Below are positions 1 to 8,390 of a stretch of 64,000 nucleotides of DNA, one piece after another. The stretch is taken from contig DAIDLE010000002.1 of NCBI GenBank assembly GCA_027449665.1, positions 127,587 to 191,586 on the forward strand, given 5' to 3'. The translations under genes were made by a program, and so were the position numbers. Every line of letters starts with the position of its first letter. The first letter of the stretch is position 1. Under the pieces are notes generated by a model. That model had not been told where the DNA came from and ran no database searches. It saw only the letters and a list, made by a program, of their open reading frames with translations. The DNA comes from Acidimicrobiaceae bacterium (GTDB taxonomy: Bacteria > Actinomycetota > Acidimicrobiia > Acidimicrobiales > RAAP-2).

Positions 1-1318
1 CGAGTGTCGCGTTGTCGGTGTCGGGGGCGAGCAAATGATCAAGCCAGTCAATGTACTCGTCAGAGCCCGCACACCGAAACTGCGCGGACAGCAGACGGCG
101 ATGCACCGTCGCACCCGCGGCGCGCGCGGCGCGTTCGATCTCCGCCTGATCACCAATATCGCGCCAGGTGACTTTTTGCGAATCGTCCACGAAAAATACT
201 GCGACGCGCGCGGCGGCGATGATCTCCGCGATCTGATCGACGCCCCGGTTGCCGTAGAGACCGCCCTGACGCACGAGTCGATGGGCCTCGTCCACGAGCA
301 GGACGTCGTACGGTTCGCCGTCCAACGCGTAGAACGAATCCGAGCCGATGAACAGCTCGCGAATGTCTCGGTCTCGTTTCGATCCGCGCAGTTTCGCCTC
401 GTACACCTTCCGCGGCGCAGCGTTCTTGGACACGTAGCGCGTGTTTCGCTGGGATCCGGTAAGGCGCACCAGGCCGTTGACGGCGATCAGTGACTTACCG
501 GTACCCGGGCCACCTCGAACTATCACGACCGATTTGGAGCCAGGTGACGTTCTACGTTCCACGTCGATGATTGATTCGAGCGCGAGCTTCTGTTCGTCAA
601 TGAGCGCGAACTCGTCGTTACCTCGCAACATCGACCCGAGCGCGTCGACGAGTTGCTTCGCGGGGCGCAGCGCACTCGCGTCGAGTCGCTGCAGCACAGC
701 GGTCCCAGCGCCTCGCTGCACGCGTTGGGCGATGTGACGGCGAAGGTCGCGATACTCTCCCTTGATGAAGAGTGGCGCGCGATCCACGTTGTCACGCTGC
801 TCGGGCGCGCCGAGCACCGCCCGTGTCTCGCAGTTATGCACGTAGGCACACGGGTGGATCGTGATCGACTCGTCACGCACGACCTCGTAGAAGTCCGACA
901 GCTGCCTGGCGTACGACCAGGCTTGGTACGACGGATGGGCGACGTCGCGCTGAGCGCGGCCGACCACGGTGCGCACGCAGTCGCGCAGTGGTGACGGCTC
1001 GACCACGGTCCACTGCTTGAGTTCAACCACGACGAGGTTCGTGCGACCGATCTCGTCAACGCCGGTGATGATGAAGTCGATTCGTTGGCGGCGGCCGTTG
1101 ATGCGGTACTCCACGGCGACGCCGGCGTCGTCGGGGATCTCGGTCGTGTTCACTACGTGAAACATCGCGTTCCCGAGCGAGTTGTGCCACGCCTGGTACT
1201 CGGGTGAACCGACGGGAATCGCGAGACCGAGTCCACGCCGCACCGCGTCACGAATTCGGTCCTCGATGTCGGGGGCGTCGGTGAGGAAGCGCTCCTTGGT
1301 GGCCACGTAGGCGAGCAC
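1..1318 (-). CDS. DUF2075-like P-loop NTPase/helicase with an N-terminal PD-(D/E)xK-like nuclease motif; the 3' end runs off the window
   Basis: Absent from the ORF track because there is no stop inside the window. My own reverse-strand translation starts at GTG (complement of 1316-1318), with AGGA 7 nt upstream and an in-frame TAG 3 codons upstream. It reads VLAYVATKERF...RIDFIITG...NLVVVELKQW (D...ExK type)...VIVRGGPGTGKS (Walker A)...DVLLVDEAHRL (Walker B/DEAH) and stays open to position 1. Confidence 0.7.
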   Translation of the reverse strand, partial: MLAYVATKERFLTDAPDIEDRIRDAVRRGLGLAIPVGSPEYQAWHNSLGNAMFHVVNTTEIPDDAGVAVEYRINGRRQRIDFIITGVDEIGRTNLVVVELKQWTVVEPSPLRDCVRTVVGRAQRDVAHPSYQAWSYARQLSDFYEVVRDESITIHPCAYVHNCETRAVLGAPEQRDNVDRAPLFIKGEYRDLRRHIAQRVQRGAGTAVLQRLDASALRPAKQLVDALGSMLRGNDEFALIDEQKLALESIIDVERRTSPGSKSVVIVRGGPGTGKSLIAVNGLVRLTGSQRNTRYVSKNAAPRKVYEAKLRGSKRDRDIRELFIGSDSFYALDGEPYDVLLVDEAHRLVRQGGLYGNRGVDQIAEIIAAARVAVFFVDDSQKVTWRDIGDQAEIERAARAAGATVHRRLLSAQFRCAGSDEYIDWLDHLLAPDTDNATL

Positions 1319-1385
1319 GTGTGGATCCTACTGACGCTCGCGATCGTGAGTCGGCGACCTACAGTGAACCGGGGAGAGGAGCATC

Positions 1386-2078
1386 GTGACCACCCAGCCA
1401 TCCGCGCGCCGCCGACTCATCCCCGCCACCCTGCTCGCCGCGCTTGCGGTTCTGAGTTTGCTGACGGCGTGGCTGTCGAGTCGTTCGTCGCCCTCAAGCG
1501 TCCCGGGTCCAGAGGGCGTCGTCGTGCGCAACGTGCCCGACTTGGCGGCTGCCGGCGCCGCCAACGGATCCGCCGTTGATGGGATCCACTGCAACACCAT
1601 CGGACGAGCCGTCGTGCACTACCACGTTCACGTGCTGGTGTCGATCTACGTCAATGGTCGTCGCGAGCGGTTGCCCGCCGGCATCGGCATCACCGCGCCG
1701 GCCGTGTCAACGGGTTCGGGCGACTCCACGTTCGTCGACGTGGGACTGCACGACTGCCTCTACTGGTTGCACACCCACGCCTACGACGGCATTGTCCACG
1801 TCGAAGCGCCGGAGAAGGCGAGATTCACGCTTGGACAGTTCTTCGACGTCTGGGGCCAGCCACTCTCGTCATCGCGCGTCGGTCCGGCGACCGGACCGGT
1901 CATCGTTTTCGAAAACGGTGTCCGCTACCACGGCGATCCCCGCCTGGTACCCCTCATCGCCGGCGGTGTCTTGCAGATCGACGTCGGATCGCCAGTCGTC
2001 GCCTTTCAGCCCGCGAGGTTCCACGTCACGGGCGAGTGTGGCGACGGCACCAACGGCTGTGCGACCCGAGTGGGCTGA
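1386..2078 (+). CDS. hypothetical membrane-anchored/secreted protein with His-rich motifs
   Basis: 230 aa ORF. The N-terminus has an RRR plus hydrophobic anchor (LIPATLLAALAVLSLLTAWL). Motifs HYHVHV and LHTHAYDGIVHVE are present. No family recognised. Confidence 0.55.
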   Translation: MTTQPSARRRLIPATLLAALAVLSLLTAWLSSRSSPSSVPGPEGVVVRNVPDLAAAGAANGSAVDGIHCNTIGRAVVHYHVHVLVSIYVNGRRERLPAGIGITAPAVSTGSGDSTFVDVGLHDCLYWLHTHAYDGIVHVEAPEKARFTLGQFFDVWGQPLSSSRVGPATGPVIVFENGVRYHGDPRLVPLIAGGVLQIDVGSPVVAFQPARFHVTGECGDGTNGCATRVG

Positions 2079-2104
2079 ACGCTAGGACGAGGAGACGGAG
2101 AACC

Positions 2105-3085
2105 ATGAACATACTGATCGTGGGCGGCACCTCGTTCGTCGGTCGAGCGATCGCCTGGTCGGCCCTTCGCGAGCACCACGTGAGCGTCCTCAACCGCGGC
2201 CAGACGCCGGCGGACCTGCCCGAGACCGTCGAACGCCTCGTCGGCGATCGGAGTGGCGATCTGCGCTGTCTCGTCGGTCGCCACTTCGACGCAACGATTG
2301 ACTGCATCGCCTACCGTCCGAGTGACGTGGACCATCTGGCCGACGCCCTCGGTGACCGGGGCGGCCATCACGTGCACATCTCCTCAGTCTCGGCGTACGA
2401 CCATCCGCCGGCCGGCGCGGCGGAGGCGACCGCCTCGATCTACGCTGACGACCCGGCCATCGCGGATCAGCCGGTCACGGCCGCGACGTACGGGCCGTTG
2501 AAGGCGATGAGTGAACGACGAGCGGTCGCGCGTTTTAGCGACGTGGCGGTGGTGCGTCCAACCTACGTCATCGGCGCCCACGACGCGACACTGCGCTTTC
2601 CGTACTGGGTCGCTCGGGCCGCGCGCGGCGGTGAGATCGCCGTGCCGGGTCCCAAATCGGGTCGCTTGCAGTACATCGACGCGCGCGACCTCGCCGACTT
2701 CGTCGTGCTGCTCGCCAGTACCGCCACGTCGGGCGCGTTCCACGTCGCCGGCCCCGAACCCGCGGCCGGGTACGTCGACACCGTCGAGCGGGTGATCGAC
2801 CGCGTGGCCCCCGCGGGCACGACCGTAACCGTGCTCGCGCCCGAACTCGTCGACCGGTTGGGCGTGGCCGGCCGCTTCCCTCTGTGGCCCGGCGTGACCA
2901 ACGACGGCGCACTGGAGGTCAACAGCGCGTTGGCGCTGGCCCGGGGCCTCGTGCGTCGCCCACTCGAGTCGAGCATCGATGAGGTTGCCGCGTGGTGGAA
3001 CGACCGACCGTGGCCCACTCGGTGGCTCAGCCCCGACGACGAGGCGCGCCTCCTCGCTGAGCAGCGAGCCGCGTCAGCGACCTAG
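2105..3085 (+). CDS. NAD-dependent epimerase/dehydratase family protein
   Basis: An internal ATG follows GGAGACGGAG. The N-terminus MNILIVGGTSFVGRAIA is a Rossmann GxxGxxG motif. The ORF-track start at 2036 overlaps the upstream gene and looks too long. Confidence 0.75.
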   Translation: MNILIVGGTSFVGRAIAWSALREHHVSVLNRGQTPADLPETVERLVGDRSGDLRCLVGRHFDATIDCIAYRPSDVDHLADALGDRGGHHVHISSVSAYDHPPAGAAEATASIYADDPAIADQPVTAATYGPLKAMSERRAVARFSDVAVVRPTYVIGAHDATLRFPYWVARAARGGEIAVPGPKSGRLQYIDARDLADFVVLLASTATSGAFHVAGPEPAAGYVDTVERVIDRVAPAGTTVTVLAPELVDRLGVAGRFPLWPGVTNDGALEVNSALALARGLVRRPLESSIDEVAAWWNDRPWPTRWLSPDDEARLLAEQRAASAT

Positions 3086-4338
3086 AAGCCCGCTGTCCCG
3101 TTGGGCGTCCCGTTGCCCGTCGGGCCGTTGTAGCCGTTGTAGTTGCTCAGACTGTAAGCGGCGTTGCACAGATAGTCGGTGCAGTGTCGTGCGTTCGACC
3201 CGCTCGTCACCTTGTTCAGCGACGAACTGTCCATGTAGAGATTCTTCGCCGACACGGTCGACGAGTTACCCGCCAGAGCGTAGATCGAGGCGATGATCGG
3301 CGAGGCGACGCTCGTACCGCCAAAGACCAGCCACCCGGTCTGACCGTAGGTGTCGTAGACCGCGACGCCGGTGCTCGGGTCGGCGTCGGCGGCCACGTCG
3401 GCAACCGTCCTGCCTGAACACAGTGTTGTGGGCTGCCAACCGGGATTCTGGTCGTAGGCCGAGCAGCCCGATCCCGTGCCCGACCAGACCGTCTCGCTCC
3501 AACCTCGTTTGTCAGTTGACTTGGTCAGTGTCGTGCCACCGACCGCCGTCACGTCGAGCGAGGCCGCTGGATACTCGGCACCGTAGCCACTGTCGCCCGC
3601 GCTGGCCGTGATAGCGATGCCCGGGTGATTGAAGTAACTGGCGGTGTACGACGAATCGCTCGACGACACCGACGCGCCGTAACTATTCGAGATGGCCGCC
3701 GGTTTCTGCGACGCCGCGTAGTTGACGGCCGTGCCGAGATCGGCCATGCTCGCCGAACTCGCCTCGACGAGCAGGATGTGACAGTAGGGACAGATCGCCG
3801 AGACCATGTCCAGGTCGAGGGAGATCTCCTCAGACCACGATGAATTGTTACCCGGCAATGAACTACCACCCGCCTCGTTGACCTGCGTGACGCAACCAGA
3901 CTCTGTCGACGGGTCGCACGACGGTAAACCCAGCGTGCTGCGGTACACGGCAACGTCCGATATGGCGTTGGGGTCGTTGTACGCGTCAACGATCGCTACC
4001 GTCGGCGGCGCTGTGGTCGTGTACTGAGTGGCGCTGTACGCCGTCAGCCCGTACGCCGACTGGAGATCTTGCGGGTAGTACCCCGATGGAGCCCCGCCAC
4101 CACCCGACGGGGGTTTCTTGCCACCCTTGGCGTTCGTCGAGGGACCGTGTACACCCTGCCAGTTGACGCTGGGGTCGAGAAGTTGGATTGCCCCACAGTG
4201 CGCGATGCCGGGTGCCTGGGACGGCGTGCACGCCGCAAGGAAGTCGCTCGCCACCGACGGCCGCACCGCGCCGGCGGGTAGTACCGCCAAGGCGCTGAGC
4301 AGGGCGACGGCGATCACGCCAACGAATGACTTTCTCAT
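3082..4338 (-). CDS. secreted S53 (sedolisin-like) / S8-clan serine peptidase
   Basis: A signal peptide MRKSFVGVIAVALLSALAVLPAGA follows a GGGGGAAG RBS. Motifs WSEEISLDLD, ASAGDSG and the serine motif GGTSVASP are present. Confidence 0.75.
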   Translation of the reverse strand: MRKSFVGVIAVALLSALAVLPAGAVRPSVASDFLAACTPSQAPGIAHCGAIQLLDPSVNWQGVHGPSTNAKGGKKPPSGGGGAPSGYYPQDLQSAYGLTAYSATQYTTTAPPTVAIVDAYNDPNAISDVAVYRSTLGLPSCDPSTESGCVTQVNEAGGSSLPGNNSSWSEEISLDLDMVSAICPYCHILLVEASSASMADLGTAVNYAASQKPAAISNSYGASVSSSDSSYTASYFNHPGIAITASAGDSGYGAEYPAASLDVTAVGGTTLTKSTDKRGWSETVWSGTGSGCSAYDQNPGWQPTTLCSGRTVADVAADADPSTGVAVYDTYGQTGWLVFGGTSVASPIIASIYALAGNSSTVSAKNLYMDSSSLNKVTSGSNARHCTDYLCNAAYSLSNYNGYNGPTGNGTPNGTAGF

Positions 4339-4521
4339 TGCTTCCCCCGATACGCCGACCACTAACCCTGCGTTAGAGGTGGGATGCGACAACTCTACGT
4401 GCGCACTGCGCAGATCGTCAACCATACGGGCATCGTCAAGTCTCGCCCTCAAACGTCGTTCAGTTAGACGCCGTCGGCCCCGATGCGCGCATGGGCGGTC
4501 CGCACGTAGGACAATGGAGTC

Positions 4522-5025
4522 GTGGGTGACGCGCGAGAAGACCGGCTCGCTCGCGTCATCAACCTATACGAGTCGGCCGTCGGCAACTACCTGCGCCGAC
4601 GTCTCTACCCGCTCAGCGCGGCTGACCTCGACGATCTGGTCGCCGAGACCTTCACCATCGTGTGGCGCCGCCTCGAGTCGCTGCCGGTCGACGCCGAGCT
4701 GCCGTGGATCATCGGTGTGGCGCGCAACGTGCTGCGCAACGCGCAGCGAGCACGTCGCCGCCGCGACGCCCACGAGGGCGCAGTTCGACCGTCGCACAGT
4801 TCCCCTTCCGCCGAAGACGTCGTCGCCGCCGACGCCCGCGTGCGCGACGCACTGAAGAACCTGCGCGACGACGACCGTGAGATTCTGCTCCTGCACGAAT
4901 GGGATGGTCTCGCGATCAACGACGTGGCGAAACTGTTCGCGATAACGCCTGACGCCGCGGCCGTTCGCCTCTCTCGCGCACGCAGCCGGTTCCGCACGCT
5001 CTACGACCAGCGGGGCGACGAGTGA
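4522..5025 (+). CDS. ECF-type RNA polymerase sigma-70 family factor
   Basis: Region 2-like LVAETFTIVWRR and region 4 HTH LAINDVAKLFAITPDAAAVRLSRARSRF. The length (167 aa) is typical of ECF sigmas. Confidence 0.85.
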   Translation: MGDAREDRLARVINLYESAVGNYLRRRLYPLSAADLDDLVAETFTIVWRRLESLPVDAELPWIIGVARNVLRNAQRARRRRDAHEGAVRPSHSSPSAEDVVAADARVRDALKNLRDDDREILLLHEWDGLAINDVAKLFAITPDAAAVRLSRARSRFRTLYDQRGDE

Positions 5026-5055
5026 AATATCGGGGACCCCGCGGACAGGTACGAA

Positions 5056-6042
5056 GTGAAGGAGAGAGTGATGCGTGACGCGTTCGAGGCACTCGCGGCC
5101 GAGGACCCGGCGGCCGCGGCCTACCACCACGGTGATCTCGCGGGCTTGACGGCGCGTATCGTCTCGACCAGGACGCGCACCGCCCGAGCGCCCCGGGCGT
5201 TTCGCACGGCAATCGCCGCGGTCGTCGCGGCGACGGGCGCGATGACCGCGGCCCTCGTCGCGCTGCTCGCCGCGGGCCCGACGCTGCCAGTCCTGGCGTT
5301 CGCAGCGCCGCGTCCGGCCACTCTCTATGCGGCGGCGAAAACAGCCACCCCGTCGGTCGGCACGGTCATGCCAAGGCGTCCGCTGGCCATGCCGGTGACC
5401 GGTGCACTCGGTCCTGCCCCGTCGCTCGCCGCCGCCTACCGAGTGACGCTCCCCGGTACGAGCCTTCGTGTAGTCGAACGACTCGCAGGATCCCTGGGCG
5501 TCGTCGGGTCCATTGGCGCCTACAACGGCACGGTGTTCTCCGAGACGTCGCGCGCTGGCGCGCGCGTCGTCTACGACACGTCGTCCGGACTCGCCACGTG
5601 GCGCTACCAGTCCGGAACCACGCCGGGGCTAACCGTTGCTGAGCTCGAGCAGGCAATCGCGGACGAGCACTGGGCGTACCGCGTCGCCGTGGCGTCGCGC
5701 GGTGGCGCGGCCGCGGTCGTCGTCGACGGCTCCGTGACCGCGCTGCGGGTCACGACGACCGTTCGGCGCGGCCACGTGGTTGACGCCTCCGGTCCCGCTT
5801 TTCGCGTCGCCGCGAGCGTCAACTATCCCCTGCGCTCGCCCACCGGCGCTCTCGCCGGGTTGACGAGTGTGGCGCCCACTCGCGCGACGTCGTATTCGCT
5901 CTCGTGGTCCGCGTACACCTTGTCCGACAGCACCATCTGGCTGTTGCCAACTTTCGTGTTTCGCGGCCGCACCGGTGGGCACCCGTGGACGGCCAGTGCA
6001 CTCGCGGTCAAGACGGCTTCGGTCACCGGCACCGGTTCGTAG
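5056..6042 (+). CDS. putative anti-sigma / single-pass membrane protein
   Basis: Lies immediately downstream of the ECF sigma. It has a short cytoplasmic N-terminus, one hydrophobic helix (AIAAVVAATGAMTAALVALLAAG) and a large extracytoplasmic domain. The function is inferred from position only. Confidence 0.5.
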   Translation: MKERVMRDAFEALAAEDPAAAAYHHGDLAGLTARIVSTRTRTARAPRAFRTAIAAVVAATGAMTAALVALLAAGPTLPVLAFAAPRPATLYAAAKTATPSVGTVMPRRPLAMPVTGALGPAPSLAAAYRVTLPGTSLRVVERLAGSLGVVGSIGAYNGTVFSETSRAGARVVYDTSSGLATWRYQSGTTPGLTVAELEQAIADEHWAYRVAVASRGGAAAVVVDGSVTALRVTTTVRRGHVVDASGPAFRVAASVNYPLRSPTGALAGLTSVAPTRATSYSLSWSAYTLSDSTIWLLPTFVFRGRTGGHPWTASALAVKTASVTGTGS

Positions 6043-6043
6043 C

Positions 6044-7720
6044 TCAGCGTCGTTCGATCAGGTCGAAGTACTCGTCACGCCACAGGTCGAAGTACTCGTC
6101 GGGGAGCAAGACGACGTGAGTCGGTTCGAGCCGTTCGACGAAGGCTCGCTCGTGGCTGACGGCCACCATCGTGCCTCGCCACTGGCGCAACATCTCGCCG
6201 AGCGCGACCACGCTCGCCGGATCGAGGTTGTTCGTCGGCTCATCGAGCAAGAGCAGGTTCGCCCGGGACGCCGCGAGGATTGCCAGGGCCAGCTTCGCCC
6301 GCTCGCCGCCCGAGAGCGTGCCGGGCAGTTGGTGAGCGGCCGAACCCTTTAACCCGAAGGCGCCGAGCAGCGCCCGCCGCTGAACCTCGGTTTGAACCGT
6401 CGCGTCGGCGAGGTGCTCGAGCACGGACTTGGTGAAGTCGAGCTGCTCGTGCTCTTGGGCGAAGTACCCGACTTCGACGTTGGCCCCGAAGCGCACGACG
6501 CCGTCCTGGGGCTGCTGGGTGCCCGCGAGGCAGCGCAGCAGCGATGACTTGCCCGCGCCGTTGCGTCCGACGATCAGGATTCGATCGCCGCGTCGCGTGA
6601 TGAACGACGCGTCGCGCAGGACCTCGAGTTCGCCGTAGCGAACGACGAGGTGCTCAACCGCCATCGGTACGTCACCGCTACGCGGTGGCTCGGGCAATCG
6701 GAACCGAACGGACCGCTCCTTCTTGGTGACCTCGACCCGACCGCTCTCGAGTTTGCCAACCCGACGGTCAAGGACCTTGGCCTTGCGAGCCCTCGCCTCG
6801 GTCTGGCCGCGCATCGAGTCGGCGAGGGTCTTCAGTCGGCTGATCTCGGCGTCCTGGGCCGCGGCCAACTTCTCCTCGCCGAGGCGTCGTGCCTCGTCCT
6901 GGGCCAGGTAGGACGAGTAATTTCCCTTGTACTCGCGCACCTGTCCATCGCGCAACGCCAACACGCGATCGATTGCCTTGTCGAGCAGGGGCAGGTCGTG
7001 GCTGATGACGATCACGGTGCCGCGAAAGCGCTCGAGCTCGTCGAAGAGCCATCGCTTCGCCGCCATGTCCAGGTGATTCGTGGGCTCATCGAGCACCATG
7101 ATGTCGGGTCGCTCGTAGAGCACGCGCATGAGATCAACTCGCCGACGCTGGCCGCCCGACAGTGACCCCAAGTCCTCGAGCAGCAGCGCTTCGTCGAGAC
7201 CCAGTCCGGCCGCGAGGCGGGCCACCTCAGACTCGGCCTCGTACCCGCCCCGTTCGCCGAAGTCGGCCTCGAGCGAGGTGAATCGCTCGATGGTCTCATC
7301 GTTCGGGTGGGCCGCCAGCTCGTGACGGGCGTGCTGCATGTCGGCGTCGAGCTGATCGAGTCCGCGCGCCGAGAGCACGTGCGAGAGACCAATCGGCTCG
7401 ACGCCGAGGCCGCCGACGATGGGCTCCTGGGGCAAGTGACTGAGCGTGCCGTGGTGCGTGACGCTCCCGGACATCCGCAGGTGCTCGGGAGTCTCGCCGC
7501 GTAGCACCGCGAGCAGCGTCGACTTGCCAACGCCGTTGCGTCCGACGACGCCGACCTTCTCCCCGTCGCCCACGGTGAACGACACGGTCTCGACGATGCG
7601 ACGCGCGCCAATCTCAATGGCCAAATCCCGAGCGATCAGCAACTCAGTGACCTGGCTGGCGTAGGGAACTATCGAGTCCGCGGAGTCGTGAAGGAGTTCG
7701 TCGCGCGGCCATGTCACCAT
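6044..7720 (-). CDS. ABC-F family ATPase (two ABC domains, no membrane domain)
   Basis: Two Walker A motifs (GRNGVGKST, GRNGAGKSS), two signature motifs (LSGGQRRR, LSGGERAK) and a charged inter-domain linker. The start is uncertain (ATG 7720 chosen; ORF-track start is 7774). Confidence 0.85.
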   Translation of the reverse strand: MVTWPRDELLHDSADSIVPYASQVTELLIARDLAIEIGARRIVETVSFTVGDGEKVGVVGRNGVGKSTLLAVLRGETPEHLRMSGSVTHHGTLSHLPQEPIVGGLGVEPIGLSHVLSARGLDQLDADMQHARHELAAHPNDETIERFTSLEADFGERGGYEAESEVARLAAGLGLDEALLLEDLGSLSGGQRRRVDLMRVLYERPDIMVLDEPTNHLDMAAKRWLFDELERFRGTVIVISHDLPLLDKAIDRVLALRDGQVREYKGNYSSYLAQDEARRLGEEKLAAAQDAEISRLKTLADSMRGQTEARARKAKVLDRRVGKLESGRVEVTKKERSVRFRLPEPPRSGDVPMAVEHLVVRYGELEVLRDASFITRRGDRILIVGRNGAGKSSLLRCLAGTQQPQDGVVRFGANVEVGYFAQEHEQLDFTKSVLEHLADATVQTEVQRRALLGAFGLKGSAAHQLPGTLSGGERAKLALAILAASRANLLLLDEPTNNLDPASVVALGEMLRQWRGTMVAVSHERAFVERLEPTHVVLLPDEYFDLWRDEYFDLIERR

Positions 7721-7736
7721 TCTGCCCCAGGCCGCG

Positions 7737-8390
7737 GTGTGGCACGATAGCCGGGTGCCCGATTCCCTTGTCATTGACCTCTGGAGTGACGTGGTGTGTC
7801 CCTTCTGCTACTTGGGTTCGCGCCAGCTCGATCTCGCCATCGCGAGTCGGGGCGACGACGTGGCGGTGAGCGTCACCTACCACGCCTTCGAACTCGACCC
7901 CGCCGCCACCGCGAGCACGATGGGACTCAACGAGCTGCTGGCGACCAAGTACGCCATGCCGCTCGAGCGTGCTCGGGCCCTCAACGATCGGCTGAGCAGC
8001 CAGGCGGCTGAACTCGGTCTCACGTGGTCCCTCGAACGTGCGCGACCAACCAACACCCGTGACGCCCATCGACTCGTTGCGCTCGCGAGCGAGCAGGGAC
8101 GGGGTGCCGCCATGGCGCGGCGGCTCCACCGCGCCTACTTCAGCGAGGGACTGCTGGTGAGTGACCACGCCACACTCGACCAACTGGCCGAGGACGTCGG
8201 TGTCGTCGACTCCACTGAACTGTGGCGGGGCGATTCCCACCTCGACGCCGTCCTTGCCGATGAGACGAGGGCCCGCGAGCTCGGCATCACGGGTGTTCCC
8301 ACCTTCATTGTCAACGGTGCCCTCACGATCGTGGGCGCCCGTGGCGAGAGCGCCATCCGCGAGGCGCTCGATCGAATCGCCGGCTCGTAA
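7737..8390 (+). CDS. DsbA-family (FrnE-like) thiol oxidoreductase
   Basis: IDLWSDVVCPFCYLG carries a CPFC active site, and the C-terminus has GVPTFIV. A GTG at 7755 is an alternative start. Confidence 0.8.
   Translation: MWHDSRVPDSLVIDLWSDVVCPFCYLGSRQLDLAIASRGDDVAVSVTYHAFELDPAATASTMGLNELLATKYAMPLERARALNDRLSSQAAELGLTWSLERARPTNTRDAHRLVALASEQGRGAAMARRLHRAYFSEGLLVSDHATLDQLAEDVGVVDSTELWRGDSHLDAVLADETRARELGITGVPTFIVNGALTIVGARGESAIREALDRIAGS

Noticed and set aside
4339-4521. A search for an ECF-type promoter (GGAAC...CGTT-like) in the peptidase/sigma divergent spacer
   Set aside because: I found no convincing -35/-10 pair with appropriate spacing by eye.
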